Shown: positions 8,732 through 19,192, counted from the first letter of the stretch. The stretch: DNA of 64,000 nucleotides from Candidatus Lambdaproteobacteria bacterium RIFOXYD2_FULL_56_26 (GCA_001783715.1 MFNF01000017.1:19366-83365), one strand, 5' to 3'. Notes: generated by a model from the sequence alone, not told the origin. A program made the numbers and translations.

Positions 8732-10261
8732 CTAGCGCAGACCAAAGGGGCTGAGCAGAAACGCCAGGTCCAGCTCCGGGTACAGAGGGAATTGACCCAA
8801 AAGGGCCTGGACCCGAGCTTGGGCAGTTTGGGCCACTAGCGGATCGATTTGGTAGTTCGCCTTACTTTCCTGTCCGGCGTTGGCCCCCGATGCAACCTTG
8901 GCCGGCTTGGTGTTGGACAAAACCAGATGCAGGATCGAGGCGATTTCAACCATCTCCTTTTTTCCCATCCCCAAGGTGGAAATTGCGGCGGTACCCAGGC
9001 GCAGACCGCTGGTGTACCAGGGGCCGTTGCCGTCAAAGGGGAGACTGTTGCGGTTGAGGGTGACGTTGCACTCTCGCAGCACCGACTCTGCCTGCCTGCC
9101 GGTCAAGCCAAAGCCCTTTTGTACGTCCACCAAAAAGAGGTGGTTGTCCGTGCCCCCGGTTGCCACCGGCATCTTGAGGTCCACGCAGGCTTGGGCAAAG
9201 GTCTGGGAGTTTTCCACAATCTTTTGGGCATAGGTGGAAAATTCCGGTTTGAGCGCCTCGGTAAAGGCTACGGCTTTGGCGGCCATCATGTGCGGCAGGG
9301 GACCGCCTAAAATGGCCGGGCAACCCTTGTCCACCGACTCGGCGAATTCCTGGGTGCAAAGCACCATCCCGCCCCTGGGGCCGCGCAGGGTCTTGTGGGT
9401 GGTAGTGGTGACCACGTGGGCATGGGCAACCGGGTTGTAGTCCCCGGTGAAGACCTTGCCTGCCACCAGTCCGGCAAAGTGGGCCATGTCCACCATAAAG
9501 ACCGCACCCACTTCGTCGGCAATGGCCCGCATGGCCTTGAAGTTGATTCTCCGGGGGTAGGCGGAATAGCCGGTCAAGAGGATCAAAGGCTTGACCTCCA
9601 AGACCAGCTTGCGAATCGCCTCCAGGTCCAAAATCCCCGACTCCCGGTCCACCGAATAAGAATAAACGTCAAACATCTGGGCGGAGAAGTTGTGCCGGTA
9701 GCCGTGGGTCAAATGGCCGCCTGAGTAGTAGTCCAGGGCCACCAATTTTTGCTGGTGCATCAACGCCCTCACCCCTTCCCAAACCTCACGGCTCAAGGCG
9801 GAGGGATTTTTTTCCTTGAGCGCCTCCAGGGCCGGGGCCTGGACTCGGGTCAGCAAAATGGCGATAAAGGCCACCATGTTTGCGTCCGCACCGGAGTGGG
9901 GCTGGACGTAGGCATGTTCAGCCCCAAAAAGCTGCTTGGCCAGATTGACCGCTTCGGTCTCAATGGCATCCACATTGTCGCAACCGGCGTAAAACCGGTG
10001 TTGCGGGTAACCTTCGGCATATTTGTCGGTCAAAAGGTTGCCCATCGCCAATTGGGTCGCCAAGGAGGAGTAGTTTTCCGAAGCGATCAACTTGAGGTTC
10101 CTTCTTTGGTCCCGAAGCTCACCTACAATTCCCTGGACCACCGCCGGGTTGACCTTGGAGATCTGGTCCAGGGCCGCATAATAGGCGGCCACCGCCGGGT
10201 TGGCTTCGCTGCCGGAGGTGAGTTTTGCAAGGTAGGACTGGAGGTAGCTGGTTGGTTCCAT
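8732..10261 (-). CDS. glyA: serine hydroxymethyltransferase
   Basis: PLP-lysine motif VVTTTTHKTLRGPRGG, ELIASENY-like LKLIASENYSS, GGTDNHLFLVD, C-terminal FPLYPE. 509 aa: about 25-aa N-terminal extension (or a later start) and a ~30-aa insertion (RVQAPALEALKEKNPSALSREVWEGVRALMHQQK) relative to E. coli GlyA. Confidence 0.93.
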   Translation of the reverse strand: MEPTSYLQSYLAKLTSGSEANPAVAAYYAALDQISKVNPAVVQGIVGELRDQRRNLKLIASENYSSLATQLAMGNLLTDKYAEGYPQHRFYAGCDNVDAIETEAVNLAKQLFGAEHAYVQPHSGADANMVAFIAILLTRVQAPALEALKEKNPSALSREVWEGVRALMHQQKLVALDYYSGGHLTHGYRHNFSAQMFDVYSYSVDRESGILDLEAIRKLVLEVKPLILLTGYSAYPRRINFKAMRAIADEVGAVFMVDMAHFAGLVAGKVFTGDYNPVAHAHVVTTTTHKTLRGPRGGMVLCTQEFAESVDKGCPAILGGPLPHMMAAKAVAFTEALKPEFSTYAQKIVENSQTFAQACVDLKMPVATGGTDNHLFLVDVQKGFGLTGRQAESVLRECNVTLNRNSLPFDGNGPWYTSGLRLGTAAISTLGMGKKEMVEIASILHLVLSNTKPAKVASGANAGQESKANYQIDPLVAQTAQARVQALLGQFPLYPELDLAFLLSPFGLR

Positions 10262-10988
10262 GTGCTTTGGGCCAAAAAAGAAGTTTGCTTGAGAGGTGTC
10301 TCCCTTTTTAGCCGCTCAGGCACTCTTGGGCAACCCCCATTTGGGGGCCCTTGTAGGGGAGCAGAGGCGGCGGGCCAATCCCCAAGCAAAGGGGTGCTTT
10401 TGCACTCCCACTTCCAGGCAAGGTCCGGCTTATGCAACAAACACCATATGTCATAAAGTCTCCATCCACAAAGAGGGCGGCGGAACTTTCCCCCAACGGA
10501 ACGGTTCTCCCCCTGGCAACCTGGGGAGGGTTCATGTTCGCCATTTTGTTGACTTGTGTCGCTGTGGGCTCGGGGGTCGGGCTGGGGGCGGGGATCGGTT
10601 GGGAGTTGTTGCGCCGGATGGACCATAAACAGTGAGTGCTTCGGTCGGGTGGTTTTGCTTGTCAGGCCCGGTTTTACCTCCGTCGTTTTTTTGGGGCTGA
10701 GGACGCACAAGGTTGTGGACCTTGGAACCGGGGATGGTTGCCGCTCCGGTTTTTTTCAGGGGGGCCGCCACCCCTTAAAATAGCTCTGCTTTCAAAAGGA
10801 GAGTCTTTAGCCTTCGCCCTCGGTCCGGCCAATCCCTCCAGCCTCCAGGGTCGGTAGTCTTCTCTAAGGCCAAATCCCCAGTCAGTTTAGGTTGAAACAT
10901 GGGTTGCCCCATTAAAAAAAATTGCGTAGATTGAGGAGCCTTGTCCGCCCGCTTGGTGCAACGGAAAAAGGTTCATTCCAGGAGGAAA

Positions 10989-12773
10989 ATGGAAGAATTG
11001 ATGAAACTCTTGACCCCCGCACAGCAGTATTGGTTCGCCAATCTGCTGATCCACGCCATTTGGGCGGACGGGAAGATCGTCTTGAGCGAATTCGAGAGCT
11101 TCCAACGGCTGATAGGTTTGTTCAAATCTTTGGAAAACCGCACCCAACTGATGCGGCACCTGGAAAACAACCAAGGCGAACCGATCGTCCTCCCCCCCGA
11201 CCTGGACCGCAAACTGCTCCCCCAGGTTTACCTGGAGGTCCTCAACTTCTCCATCTCCGACTGGGACTTGGCCGAAGAGGAGCGTAACTTCCTGGAGACC
11301 TTATCCAACCAATTCGGTTTTGCCAAAAGCTTCCAATACACCTTGATGCAGTGGGCCGAAGAGGGGCTTCGGTGGCAAGAAGACCAACGGCTTTTGGTCC
11401 CCCGTGAGGTCACTCTAAAAAACCCCCGGGTGCCGCTCCACCAGATGACTGACCAGCAAAAGGTCTGGTACGCCGAGGTGCTGGTCAGCGTGGTGATGAT
11501 CGACGGCATTGTGGACCCGATGGAGATCAAGCTCCTGCGGACTGCCCTCAGTTTTGTGGCGGAAGAAAAGGAAAAAAAGCGGCTGCTCGCCTTCATCAAA
11601 AACCGTATGCGCCCTTCCCTGCTTTCCCCGCCTCCGGGCCTGGAAATGGAAGTGATCTACCTGATCTTTTTTGAGGTGCTCCGGGTCATGTCGCTCAACG
11701 ATGAGCTGGCCAACAAGGAGATGATTTTTATTGGGGACTACATCAAGGCCTGCAATCTCCCCGCCTCCCTGGAAGACCGCACCTTGGTCTGGTGTAAACG
11801 AGGTACCACTTGGCGGCAGAAACGAAAAAGTCTGGCCAAGCTGGGTGCCTTCGTGGACCTGGGCTCCGGCTCTTCGTTGGAAAAAAGTGAAGACCGCTGG
11901 TTGCCTCACGGCGAAAACAACAGCCTCCAGTATCGGGAACAGACCTGCTATCTTTGTGACAACAATCTGCCGATCAAGGTGTACCGGTTGCGGCCCAAAA
12001 GCCAAAAACCTGCGACCAACCTCTTTGGCCTGCCGGTTTATGTCGGAGCCATGACCGCCCAGGACCACCCCTTGGATTTCAACAAGGTGAAGATCAGCGT
12101 CTGCCCCAACTGCCTGTTTGCCTCTCCGGCCAAAGAAAGCTTCCGGGCCAAGGAGGTGGACAAGGTCCCGCCGGTTTTTGAGGACCGGGACTTTTTGGTC
12201 CAATGGATGGAAGGGACGGAAAAACGTAAAGCCAGCTACGGGATGTTGCTCCAAGAGCTGGAGAGCGTAAATCCTTCGGTGCCTCATGTAGAAAAGCTGT
12301 ACCGCCTAGCGATCCACTGCCTCAACCAGCTCCAAAAGGCAAGGCCCGACGACCGGCAGCGGTGGGGGATCATCTTTTTGGGCCTGGGGTTGGCAGAGAT
12401 TTTGGTGAATGCGGGCCATGTGGGGGAAGCGGAAAAGGAACTGCTGGAAGCCGAGCGGTTGTCCAAGGAATTGATGTTGTCCACCCGGGACAACGAACTT
12501 TCCCTTCGCTCGGCCAAACTGCTGTTCCAATTGGCTCTGTACCAGAACAACGCCAAATCTGCCAGCAACTACCTCAACTTCTTTGTCCGCCTCAAAGACG
12601 AAAAGATGGCCAGCATGAAACCGGCGGAAAAAAGCCAGTTTTTAGGTTACTTCAACGAGGTCAAACGGGACTTTGAAGACCGAGAGGAACTGCAAAAATC
12701 AAAACTCGACGGATTCAAACGTAAGGTTGAAGTTCCGACGGCAGCACAACCGGAAAAAGAAGAGGAAGCCTGA
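10989..12773 (+). CDS. multi-domain protein: three TerB-like domains fused to a DUF2225-like zinc-ribbon/TPR C-terminal domain
   Basis: Start reassigned to ATG 10989 (MEELMKLL) preceded by aggagg RBS. TerB-like helix pairs: ANLLIHAIWADGKIVLSEFESF, VWYAEVLVSVVMIDGIVDPMEIKLL, IYLIFFEVLRVMSLNDELANKEMIF. DUF2225-like CYLCDNNLPIKVYRLRP...KISVCPNCLFAS followed by TPR-like helices. Confidence 0.55.
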   Translation: MEELMKLLTPAQQYWFANLLIHAIWADGKIVLSEFESFQRLIGLFKSLENRTQLMRHLENNQGEPIVLPPDLDRKLLPQVYLEVLNFSISDWDLAEEERNFLETLSNQFGFAKSFQYTLMQWAEEGLRWQEDQRLLVPREVTLKNPRVPLHQMTDQQKVWYAEVLVSVVMIDGIVDPMEIKLLRTALSFVAEEKEKKRLLAFIKNRMRPSLLSPPPGLEMEVIYLIFFEVLRVMSLNDELANKEMIFIGDYIKACNLPASLEDRTLVWCKRGTTWRQKRKSLAKLGAFVDLGSGSSLEKSEDRWLPHGENNSLQYREQTCYLCDNNLPIKVYRLRPKSQKPATNLFGLPVYVGAMTAQDHPLDFNKVKISVCPNCLFASPAKESFRAKEVDKVPPVFEDRDFLVQWMEGTEKRKASYGMLLQELESVNPSVPHVEKLYRLAIHCLNQLQKARPDDRQRWGIIFLGLGLAEILVNAGHVGEAEKELLEAERLSKELMLSTRDNELSLRSAKLLFQLALYQNNAKSASNYLNFFVRLKDEKMASMKPAEKSQFLGYFNEVKRDFEDREELQKSKLDGFKRKVEVPTAAQPEKEEEA

Positions 12774-13183
12774 TGTCCACCGACCGACAGATCCACATCC
12801 TGATCGTTGACGACTCTGCCCCCATGCGGCATTTGGTGCGCCAGTCCCTGGAGGAACTGTACTTCCAAAATTTCCACGAAGCCGGGGATGGGGAAGAGGC
12901 CTTAAAGATCCTGCACAGTGAGCCGGTGGACTTGGTGCTGCTTGATTGGCAGATGCCCAAGATGACCGGTATTACTTTGCTCAGAGAGATCCGGGGAGAT
13001 GCAAAGTTACGGCAGATTCCAGTGGTGATGATTACCTCGGAAGCCCAAAAGCACAACATTTTGGAAGCAGCCAAGGAAGGGGTGACCGGTTTTGTGGTCA
13101 AGCCCTTTGACTCTTATGTTTTGGGAGAAAAGATCGAAAAGATCCTCTCCCAACCCCCCAGGTTGGCCCCCAAGCCCAATTAG
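12773..13183 (+). CDS. single-domain CheY-like response regulator receiver
   Basis: ILIVDDSAPMRHLV...LVLLDWQMPKMTGI...VVMITSE...GFVVKPF with conserved DD, D(phospho), T, K positions. TGATG overlap gives translational coupling to the upstream gene. Confidence 0.88.
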   Translation: MSTDRQIHILIVDDSAPMRHLVRQSLEELYFQNFHEAGDGEEALKILHSEPVDLVLLDWQMPKMTGITLLREIRGDAKLRQIPVVMITSEAQKHNILEAAKEGVTGFVVKPFDSYVLGEKIEKILSQPPRLAPKPN

Positions 13184-13246
13184 GCTGAAGGATACCGGTT
13201 TGGGCTCTCAACCGACAAACATCTTGTTGCGCCAAGGCTAGGGAAG

Positions 13247-13672
13247 ATGTCTATATTGGGACGGAAAAAAAAAGCCAAACAAAAGTCCCCCTCGGAGCTG
13301 ACTTCGCCCGACTGGGCACGGTGGCTGGAGGTGGCCCCCTTTCCGCAGGAAGACGAGCCTTGTTTGACCGGCAACTTTCTGATGGAAAATGGCCGACTGA
13401 TCTACGGCAACGTCCGTTTGGCCGAGCTTTTGGGCTACAGCGCCGGGGAGTTGATCGGCAAGAAATTGGAGGAACTGGTCCATCCCTTGGACCTGGAATT
13501 GGTTTCGGACCGCAACAATGCTCGGCTTCATGGCCTGCCGGTGCCCAGTTGTTACGAGATTCGGGTGCTTTGTGGGGGAGGGCAAACCAAAAGGGTCCTC
13601 ATCAACGTAACCCTCACCACCGGCCCCCAGGGGCAAACCCTGACGGTTGGCTCGGTTCTACCGGTGGACTAG
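13247..13672 (+). CDS. PAS domain protein
   Basis: 141 aa. NGRLIYGNVRLAELLGYSAGELIGKKLEELVHPLDLE is a PAS-fold sequence pattern. Confidence 0.6.
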   Translation: MSILGRKKKAKQKSPSELTSPDWARWLEVAPFPQEDEPCLTGNFLMENGRLIYGNVRLAELLGYSAGELIGKKLEELVHPLDLELVSDRNNARLHGLPVPSCYEIRVLCGGGQTKRVLINVTLTTGPQGQTLTVGSVLPVD

Positions 13673-14337
13673 GGGACCAGTCGGCGGATGATCCGTTCGG
13701 CTGCTTCTTCGTCGATCAGGGTAAACCGTTTCCACCCTTCGTCCAGGGCATAAACATCCGCCTTGGCGATGTCGAACCACCAGCCGTGAACCCCCAGGGT
13801 GCCTTCTTCCAGTCTTTTTTTGACCGCCGGGTAAGACTTAACGTGCTCCATTTGCAGCAGCACGTTGAGTTGGGAAAGCTGGTTGTGCTTGGCCAGGGTG
13901 GGGTCTAGGGCGATCCCTGCGGCCAATTGTTGCACCGCTTCATCCCCATGCCGGAGCCAGCTTTTGAGGTTCGGGTACTTCACCTTGTTCCGGTTGTCGA
14001 TCAAGGCCTTCATGGCGGCACATTCGGAATGGCCGCAAACCACAATGTTCTGGACCGACAGGCTTTCAACCGAATACTCGATGGCCGCCGCTTCGGACTC
14101 ATCGCTGCTCGAAACTCCGTCTTGACCGCAAGGGGGGACCAGATTGCCGACGTTGCGCAACACAAAGAGGTCTCCAGGGTCGGTGGACGCAAAGGTGTTG
14201 GGCACCACCCGGCTGTCCGAACAGGCGATAAAAAGTGTGTCCGGCGACTGGCCGGTGGCCAACCGGCCAAAAGCTTCCCGGTAGCCTTCTTGGACGTTGC
14301 GGCGAAACTCTACGATCCCTTGGATCAGCTTTTTCAC
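13669..14337 (-). CDS. beta-class carbonic anhydrase
   Basis: Zinc ligand motifs CSDSR and HSECAAM (HxxC); 222 aa, typical of beta-CA. Confidence 0.88.
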   Translation of the reverse strand: MKKLIQGIVEFRRNVQEGYREAFGRLATGQSPDTLFIACSDSRVVPNTFASTDPGDLFVLRNVGNLVPPCGQDGVSSSDESEAAAIEYSVESLSVQNIVVCGHSECAAMKALIDNRNKVKYPNLKSWLRHGDEAVQQLAAGIALDPTLAKHNQLSQLNVLLQMEHVKSYPAVKKRLEEGTLGVHGWWFDIAKADVYALDEGWKRFTLIDEEAAERIIRRLVP

Positions 14338-14895
14338 AAAACCAAACGGAACAGGATTGCGGTGGAATTACTGCCACCAGGGACTGGTGCCTTGGGTGTA
14401 GCCTCGTTTTGAAACCTGGGTAAGGCTATAGGTCCGGTGGATCGGTTGTCAAGGTGGGGTCCTGGTCGAGTCGGGCGGGCCTTTTGGGGGCTTTTGGGTT
14501 CACTTGGGGGGGAAATGCTCTTCTCCTAAAAAGTGAGGGTCAAAATCAAAGGACAGTCCAGCGGACAACAACCCACCGACCGAGGCCAGCTGGACACCGT
14601 CTTGCGGCTCTACCAAGAGGCCTTCTCTTACCTTTGATAGGAGCAGACAATACTTCTGTTCTGCAAATTACCAATACCAAGAATGGCAGCGGGCCGTTAA
14701 CGAACAGGCGATTTCCAAAGCGGAAATAATATCTGCTCTGATGAAAACATTGGTGGTGCAGAAGGGGGAATGCAGCCTCAAAAACCTGCGCCCAAGAGTG
14801 CGGAACTTTTTCCTGGGGCTTTCAGCAGTTGACAGGTTGAAACACATTGCCCAAAGTTCGGGACGGTTTTTGTTTTTCTTTGGAGAGGGGGGAGG

Positions 14896-15315
14896 ATGCA
14901 GCCTAGGATACTGTTGGTGGACGACGACAAAAACAATTTGTTTTTGCTGGCCAAGATGTTGGCCCCTTATGGCCGAGTGGAGCAGACCACCAACGGTTAT
15001 GTGGCGCTGGCGATGTACAAGGCCTCGCTGGAGTCGGACAACCGGTTTTACCTGCTCTTTTTGGACATTGAGATGCCCGAGATCAATGGCCGAGAGGTTT
15101 TGCGGCAACTGCGGGAATACGAAGAATTGTACCTGCGGATGGACGACTTCCAAGCCACGGTGGTGATGGCTACGGCCAACAGTAACAAGGACGTGATCGA
15201 GCAGAGCTTCAAGGAGGGCTGCGAATATTACATGCTCAAGCCCTACCGGGCCGAGCAGATCAAAAAGGTGATGGACAACCTGGGGGTCAAGGCCAGGGAG
15301 CCCATTTCCCGGTAG
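14896..15315 (+). CDS. orphan response regulator receiver domain protein
   Basis: ILLVDDDKNN...LLFLDIEMPEINGREVLRQLR...VVMATAN...YYMLKPY. Confidence 0.8.
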   Translation: MQPRILLVDDDKNNLFLLAKMLAPYGRVEQTTNGYVALAMYKASLESDNRFYLLFLDIEMPEINGREVLRQLREYEELYLRMDDFQATVVMATANSNKDVIEQSFKEGCEYYMLKPYRAEQIKKVMDNLGVKAREPISR

Positions 15316-15406
15316 CCGGTCCAGCCCTCGGGAGCGGAAGGATGGGGTTGTTTTAGAGGGCCGTTGGGCCTGTTACCTGGGCCGGTTTCGGGCTCCGTCT
15401 CCAGGG

Positions 15407-16483
15407 CTAGCCCAGGTCGGCTTTGAGCAGTTCGGCTTGTTGGTCGGCGGCCAGGGCGTTGACGATCTCTTGGATCGAGCCGGTGTTCATGACCTCTTCG
15501 AGACGGTAGAGGGTCAGGCCGATCCGGTGGTCGGTGATCCGGCCTTGGGGGTAGTTGTAGGTACGGATCCGCTCGGACCGATCACCGGAGCCTACCATGT
15601 TTTTGCGTAAAACCGCCAACTCGCTGGCCTGGGCCTGGGCTTGTTGGTCGTAAATCTTGGCTTGGAGGTACTTCATCGCCTTCGCCCGGTTCTTGATCTG
15701 GCTGCGCTCTTCCTGGCAGGCGACCACGATGCCGGTCGGGACGTGGGTGATCCGAATGGCGGACTCGGTTTTGTTGACATGCTGGCCCCCGGCCCCGGAG
15801 GAACGGTAGGTGTCGATCTTGAGGTCGGCGGGGTTGATGTTGACCTCAACCTCATCGGCTTCGGGCAGGATCGCCACGGTGCAGGCGCTGGTGTGGATCC
15901 GCCCTTGGGCTTCCGTGGCGGGTACCCGCTGGACCCGGTGGGTGCCCGCCTCAAACTTCATGTTGGCAAAAACGAAGGCCCCTTCGATCGAAGCGGTGAT
16001 CTCCTTGAACCCGCCGTGCACCGCCGGGCTGGATTCCAGGACCTCCAAGGTCCAGCGTTTTTGTTCGGCATACCGCTGGTACATCCGAAAGAGGTCGCCG
16101 GCAAAGATGCCCGCTTCGTCCCCGCCGGTTCCGGCCCGGATCTCCAGGATCACGTTTTTGCCATCATCCGGGTCTTTGGGCAGCAGGGCCAGTTGGCTTT
16201 CTTGCTCCAGTTGGGCCACCCGTTTTTTGAGTTCCCCCAATTCGGCCCTGGCCATTTCCTTCATCTGCGGGTCTTCGGCCGGGTCTTCAATGATCGCTTG
16301 GTTGCCTTCCAGCTCTTCGGTCGCCTTTTTCAGCTCCACAAAAAGATCATAGATCGGCTTGAGCTTGGCTTGTTCTTGGGAGACTTCCCGGAGGCGCTTG
16401 GAATTGGAGAGGGTATCTGGATGCCCGAGCAAGGCCGTCACTTCTTCAAAGCGGTCGGCAATACGGGCGAGCTTGTCAAACAT
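15407..16483 (-). CDS. prfA: peptide chain release factor 1
   Basis: GGQ motif (SGAGGQHVNKTESAIRITH) and RF1-type PAT tripeptide (RVQRVPATEAQGRIHTS); 358 aa. Confidence 0.93.
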   Translation of the reverse strand: MFDKLARIADRFEEVTALLGHPDTLSNSKRLREVSQEQAKLKPIYDLFVELKKATEELEGNQAIIEDPAEDPQMKEMARAELGELKKRVAQLEQESQLALLPKDPDDGKNVILEIRAGTGGDEAGIFAGDLFRMYQRYAEQKRWTLEVLESSPAVHGGFKEITASIEGAFVFANMKFEAGTHRVQRVPATEAQGRIHTSACTVAILPEADEVEVNINPADLKIDTYRSSGAGGQHVNKTESAIRITHVPTGIVVACQEERSQIKNRAKAMKYLQAKIYDQQAQAQASELAVLRKNMVGSGDRSERIRTYNYPQGRITDHRIGLTLYRLEEVMNTGSIQEIVNALAADQQAELLKADLG

Positions 16484-16534
16484 GGATTTGGGGGGAGGAA
16501 AAAGACCGGGGCTCCTTGCAGAGCCCCGAGTGGA

Positions 16535-16756
16535 TTACTTCTTTTTCCCAACCGAGATATTCTCGTATTTCTTCTTGAACCGGTCAATCCGCCCTTCGGT
16601 GTCAACCAGCTTTTCTTTGCCGGTATAAAGGGGGTGACAGTTGGAGCAAATGTCCACCTTGTGAACCCCACCGAGGGTGGAGCGGATGGTGGACTCAAAG
16701 CCGCAGGCGCAAGAGAATTTGGTGTCGGTGTACTTGGGATGAATGTCGGCTTTCAT
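16535..16756 (-). CDS. rpmE: 50S ribosomal protein L31
   Basis: MKADIHPKY...CACG...CSNCHPLYTG is the zinc-binding L31 signature; 73 aa. Confidence 0.93.
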   Translation of the reverse strand: MKADIHPKYTDTKFSCACGFESTIRSTLGGVHKVDICSNCHPLYTGKEKLVDTEGRIDRFKKKYENISVGKKK

Positions 16757-16847
16757 TGGGCTCCTTGGGGTTTCGATTTCACCTAGGGACAGCCTAGGAG
16801 GTTGACGAAACGTTCGTTTAAGTCGGGTCCGAAGAGGGTACGGTCGG

Positions 16848-18215
16848 TCAACCGTTGACCATCTTCAAAAGTTCTTCATTAGAGGGATACTTTTCCATCT
16901 TGTCAAGCAAATATTCCAGGCTTTCCTGGGCCTTGGTCGCCGCCAAAAGCCTGCGGAGCTTCCAAACATCGGCAAGGTTGGTGATGAGCAGTTCCTCTTT
17001 CCTGGTGGCGGACTTGTCGATCTCGATGGCCGGGAAAACCCGTTTTTCCACCAACTTGCGGTCCAGCACCAATTCCATGTTGCCGGTGCCTTTAAATTCT
17101 TCAAAGATCACCTCGTCCATCCGGCTACCGGTGTCCACCAAGGCGGTGGCCAAGATGGTCAAGGACCCGCCGCCTTCGATGTTCCGGGCGGCCCCAAAAA
17201 ACCGTTTGGGTTTGTGCAGGGCGTTGGCATCCACCCCACCGGACAAAATCTTGCCCGAAGGAGGGATGACGGTATTGTAGGCCCTGGCGAGCCGAGTGAT
17301 CGAGTCGAGCAGGATCACCACGTCGTGTTTGTGCTCGACCAAGCGTTTGGCCTTTTGGATCACCATTTCGGCTACCTGGACGTGCCGGGTTGCCGGTTCA
17401 TCGAAGGTGGAGCTGATCACCTCGCCGTTGACCGACCGGCGCATGTCGGTCACTTCTTCGGGCCGCTCGTCGATCAACAGGACGATCAAAAAGATGTCCG
17501 GGTAGTTGGTGGTAATGGCGTTGGCTACGTTTTGCAAGACCATGGTTTTGCCCGCCTTGGGCGGAGCGACGATCAAGCCCCGCTGGCCTTTGCCAATCGG
17601 GCAGAACATGTCAATGACCCGGCTGGTTTTGTCCTTGCCGCCATGTTCAAGCCGGATGATTTCGTCGGGGTACAGGGGGGTGAGGTTGTCAAAAAGGGTT
17701 TTGTCCTTGGAATGCTCGGGTTCTTCAAAGTTCAACTTCTCGACTTTGAGCAGCGCATAATACCGCTCGTTGTCCTTGGGCGGCCGCACTTGGCCCTCAA
17801 TCGTGTCGCCGGTACGGAGGTTAAAACGGCGGATCTGGCTGGGGCTGACGTAGATGTCGTCGGGGCCGGGGATGTAGTTGAAGTCGGGACTGCGCAGGAA
17901 CCCAAAGCCGTCGGGCAAGGTTTCCAAAACCCCTTGGGAGTAGATGGCCCCGCCTTTGGCGGTTTGTGCATTGAGCAGAGCGAAGATCAGGTCTTGGCGC
18001 AACATGGAGGTTGCGTTTTCGATGTCGTACTCTTTGGCGATCTTTTCCAGGGCCTTGATGTCCATCCGTTTGAGTTCGGAGAGAATCAAGGGCTCAATCC
18101 CGTTGACGGTCAGTTTGGCCTTGGTGTCCGGGGAAATGGTTTTGGCTTCCGCCATGATCGACCGGACCGACTTGTTGGGGAGAGCTTTGGATACGGGGGT
18201 TTTTGCAACTGACAC
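16848..18215 (-). CDS. rho: transcription termination factor Rho
   Basis: [28 protein letters not shown], Walker A PPKAGKT, Q-loop and R-loop regions. About 38-aa N-terminal extension versus E. coli Rho, or a start at the internal MAEAKT. Confidence 0.95.
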   Translation of the reverse strand: MSVAKTPVSKALPNKSVRSIMAEAKTISPDTKAKLTVNGIEPLILSELKRMDIKALEKIAKEYDIENATSMLRQDLIFALLNAQTAKGGAIYSQGVLETLPDGFGFLRSPDFNYIPGPDDIYVSPSQIRRFNLRTGDTIEGQVRPPKDNERYYALLKVEKLNFEEPEHSKDKTLFDNLTPLYPDEIIRLEHGGKDKTSRVIDMFCPIGKGQRGLIVAPPKAGKTMVLQNVANAITTNYPDIFLIVLLIDERPEEVTDMRRSVNGEVISSTFDEPATRHVQVAEMVIQKAKRLVEHKHDVVILLDSITRLARAYNTVIPPSGKILSGGVDANALHKPKRFFGAARNIEGGGSLTILATALVDTGSRMDEVIFEEFKGTGNMELVLDRKLVEKRVFPAIEIDKSATRKEELLITNLADVWKLRRLLAATKAQESLEYLLDKMEKYPSNEELLKMVNG

Positions 18216-18382
18216 AGGGAGCTATCGGCTAGGGGTTTGGAATCAAGATTCCGCAAAAGGATTGGGGGAGGGAGCAAAAAAGCAAGGGATCAAAAACCGG
18301 GTAGTTAAAAGAAGCGTATGAATGAACAGGGAAGGTACTCTCGACTGAATGTAATTAGGCTATCGAAAAGAAAAACCACAAG

Positions 18383-19192
18383 TCAAGACGAATTTTTCGG
18401 GTTCTTTTCTTCTGCTCCAAAATCGCCCAAGGGATTTTTCTCCAACGCCTCCAAAGCCGCACGCATCAAAGCATCATCGGGAGCATAGGGGGCGGCGACT
18501 TTTTCATATTGCCCCGGCTCGGGGGTGGTGTCCTCATCGTTTTGCCCAAAGCCCGAGGCAGGTTCGGCCATCAAACTCTGCTTGAGCTGGCTGGGGCTTA
18601 GTGCCTTGAGGCCCATAAAGGTTTCCTTGAACATCTCGGCCATGGCCAAAACCCCCAAGACCCCTTGGAACAAAAAAACCAAAAAATGGTTTTTAAGCCG
18701 GTAGTTCATTGAGGCCTTGATCAAAAAGGCGGTCAAAACCAAAACGCCCAAGAACCGCACCCCGATCCACCCCAGCGCTTGGTTGCCCATCAGCCCATAA
18801 AGGCCCGAAGCCTGTTCGAGCCTCGGGTGCCCGGTGGGGAAGAGCAAGCCGACCAGCAAGGCAAAACCCAAAAAGTGAATCACCGCTGCCACAAAGGCCA
18901 AAGCAAAACGCCGTTGGGTGCTTTGGGAAAACAACAAAAACACTACCAACATCAAGGAAGACCAACCAAAAAACCGCAGCCAAAATCCGGCAAACATCGC
19001 TCCGGGTAGGCCAAACCAGTTTTCGATCCCCTGGGCGGGCCAGACCAGATTCATCGGGTCCGGGTCGAAGGGACCTTGGGAAACCAAGGTGAAGAGAATC
19101 AACAGCCCCAGGACGATCTTGACCAACTCGGGCCGGAACCGTTCGGGCCGTTCTTCGGAGAAAATCGGTTCTAAGGAGGGCCAATTAAGCAT
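18383..19192 (-). CDS. polytopic membrane protein (FtsK N-terminal 4TM-like)
   Basis: 4 predicted TM helices. DPDPMNLVWPAQGIENWFGLPGAMFAGFWLRFFGW resembles the FtsK_4TM N-terminal region, but there is no ATPase domain. Confidence 0.4.
   Translation of the reverse strand: MLNWPSLEPIFSEERPERFRPELVKIVLGLLILFTLVSQGPFDPDPMNLVWPAQGIENWFGLPGAMFAGFWLRFFGWSSLMLVVFLLFSQSTQRRFALAFVAAVIHFLGFALLVGLLFPTGHPRLEQASGLYGLMGNQALGWIGVRFLGVLVLTAFLIKASMNYRLKNHFLVFLFQGVLGVLAMAEMFKETFMGLKALSPSQLKQSLMAEPASGFGQNDEDTTPEPGQYEKVAAPYAPDDALMRAALEALEKNPLGDFGAEEKNPKNSS

Noticed and set aside
11415-12287. 290-aa minus-strand ORF
   Set aside because: Antisense to the TerB-DUF2225 gene.
15641-16786. 381-aa plus-strand ORF
   Set aside because: Antisense to prfA and rpmE, which are unambiguously identified.
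17214-18212. 332-aa plus-strand ORF
   Set aside because: Antisense to rho.
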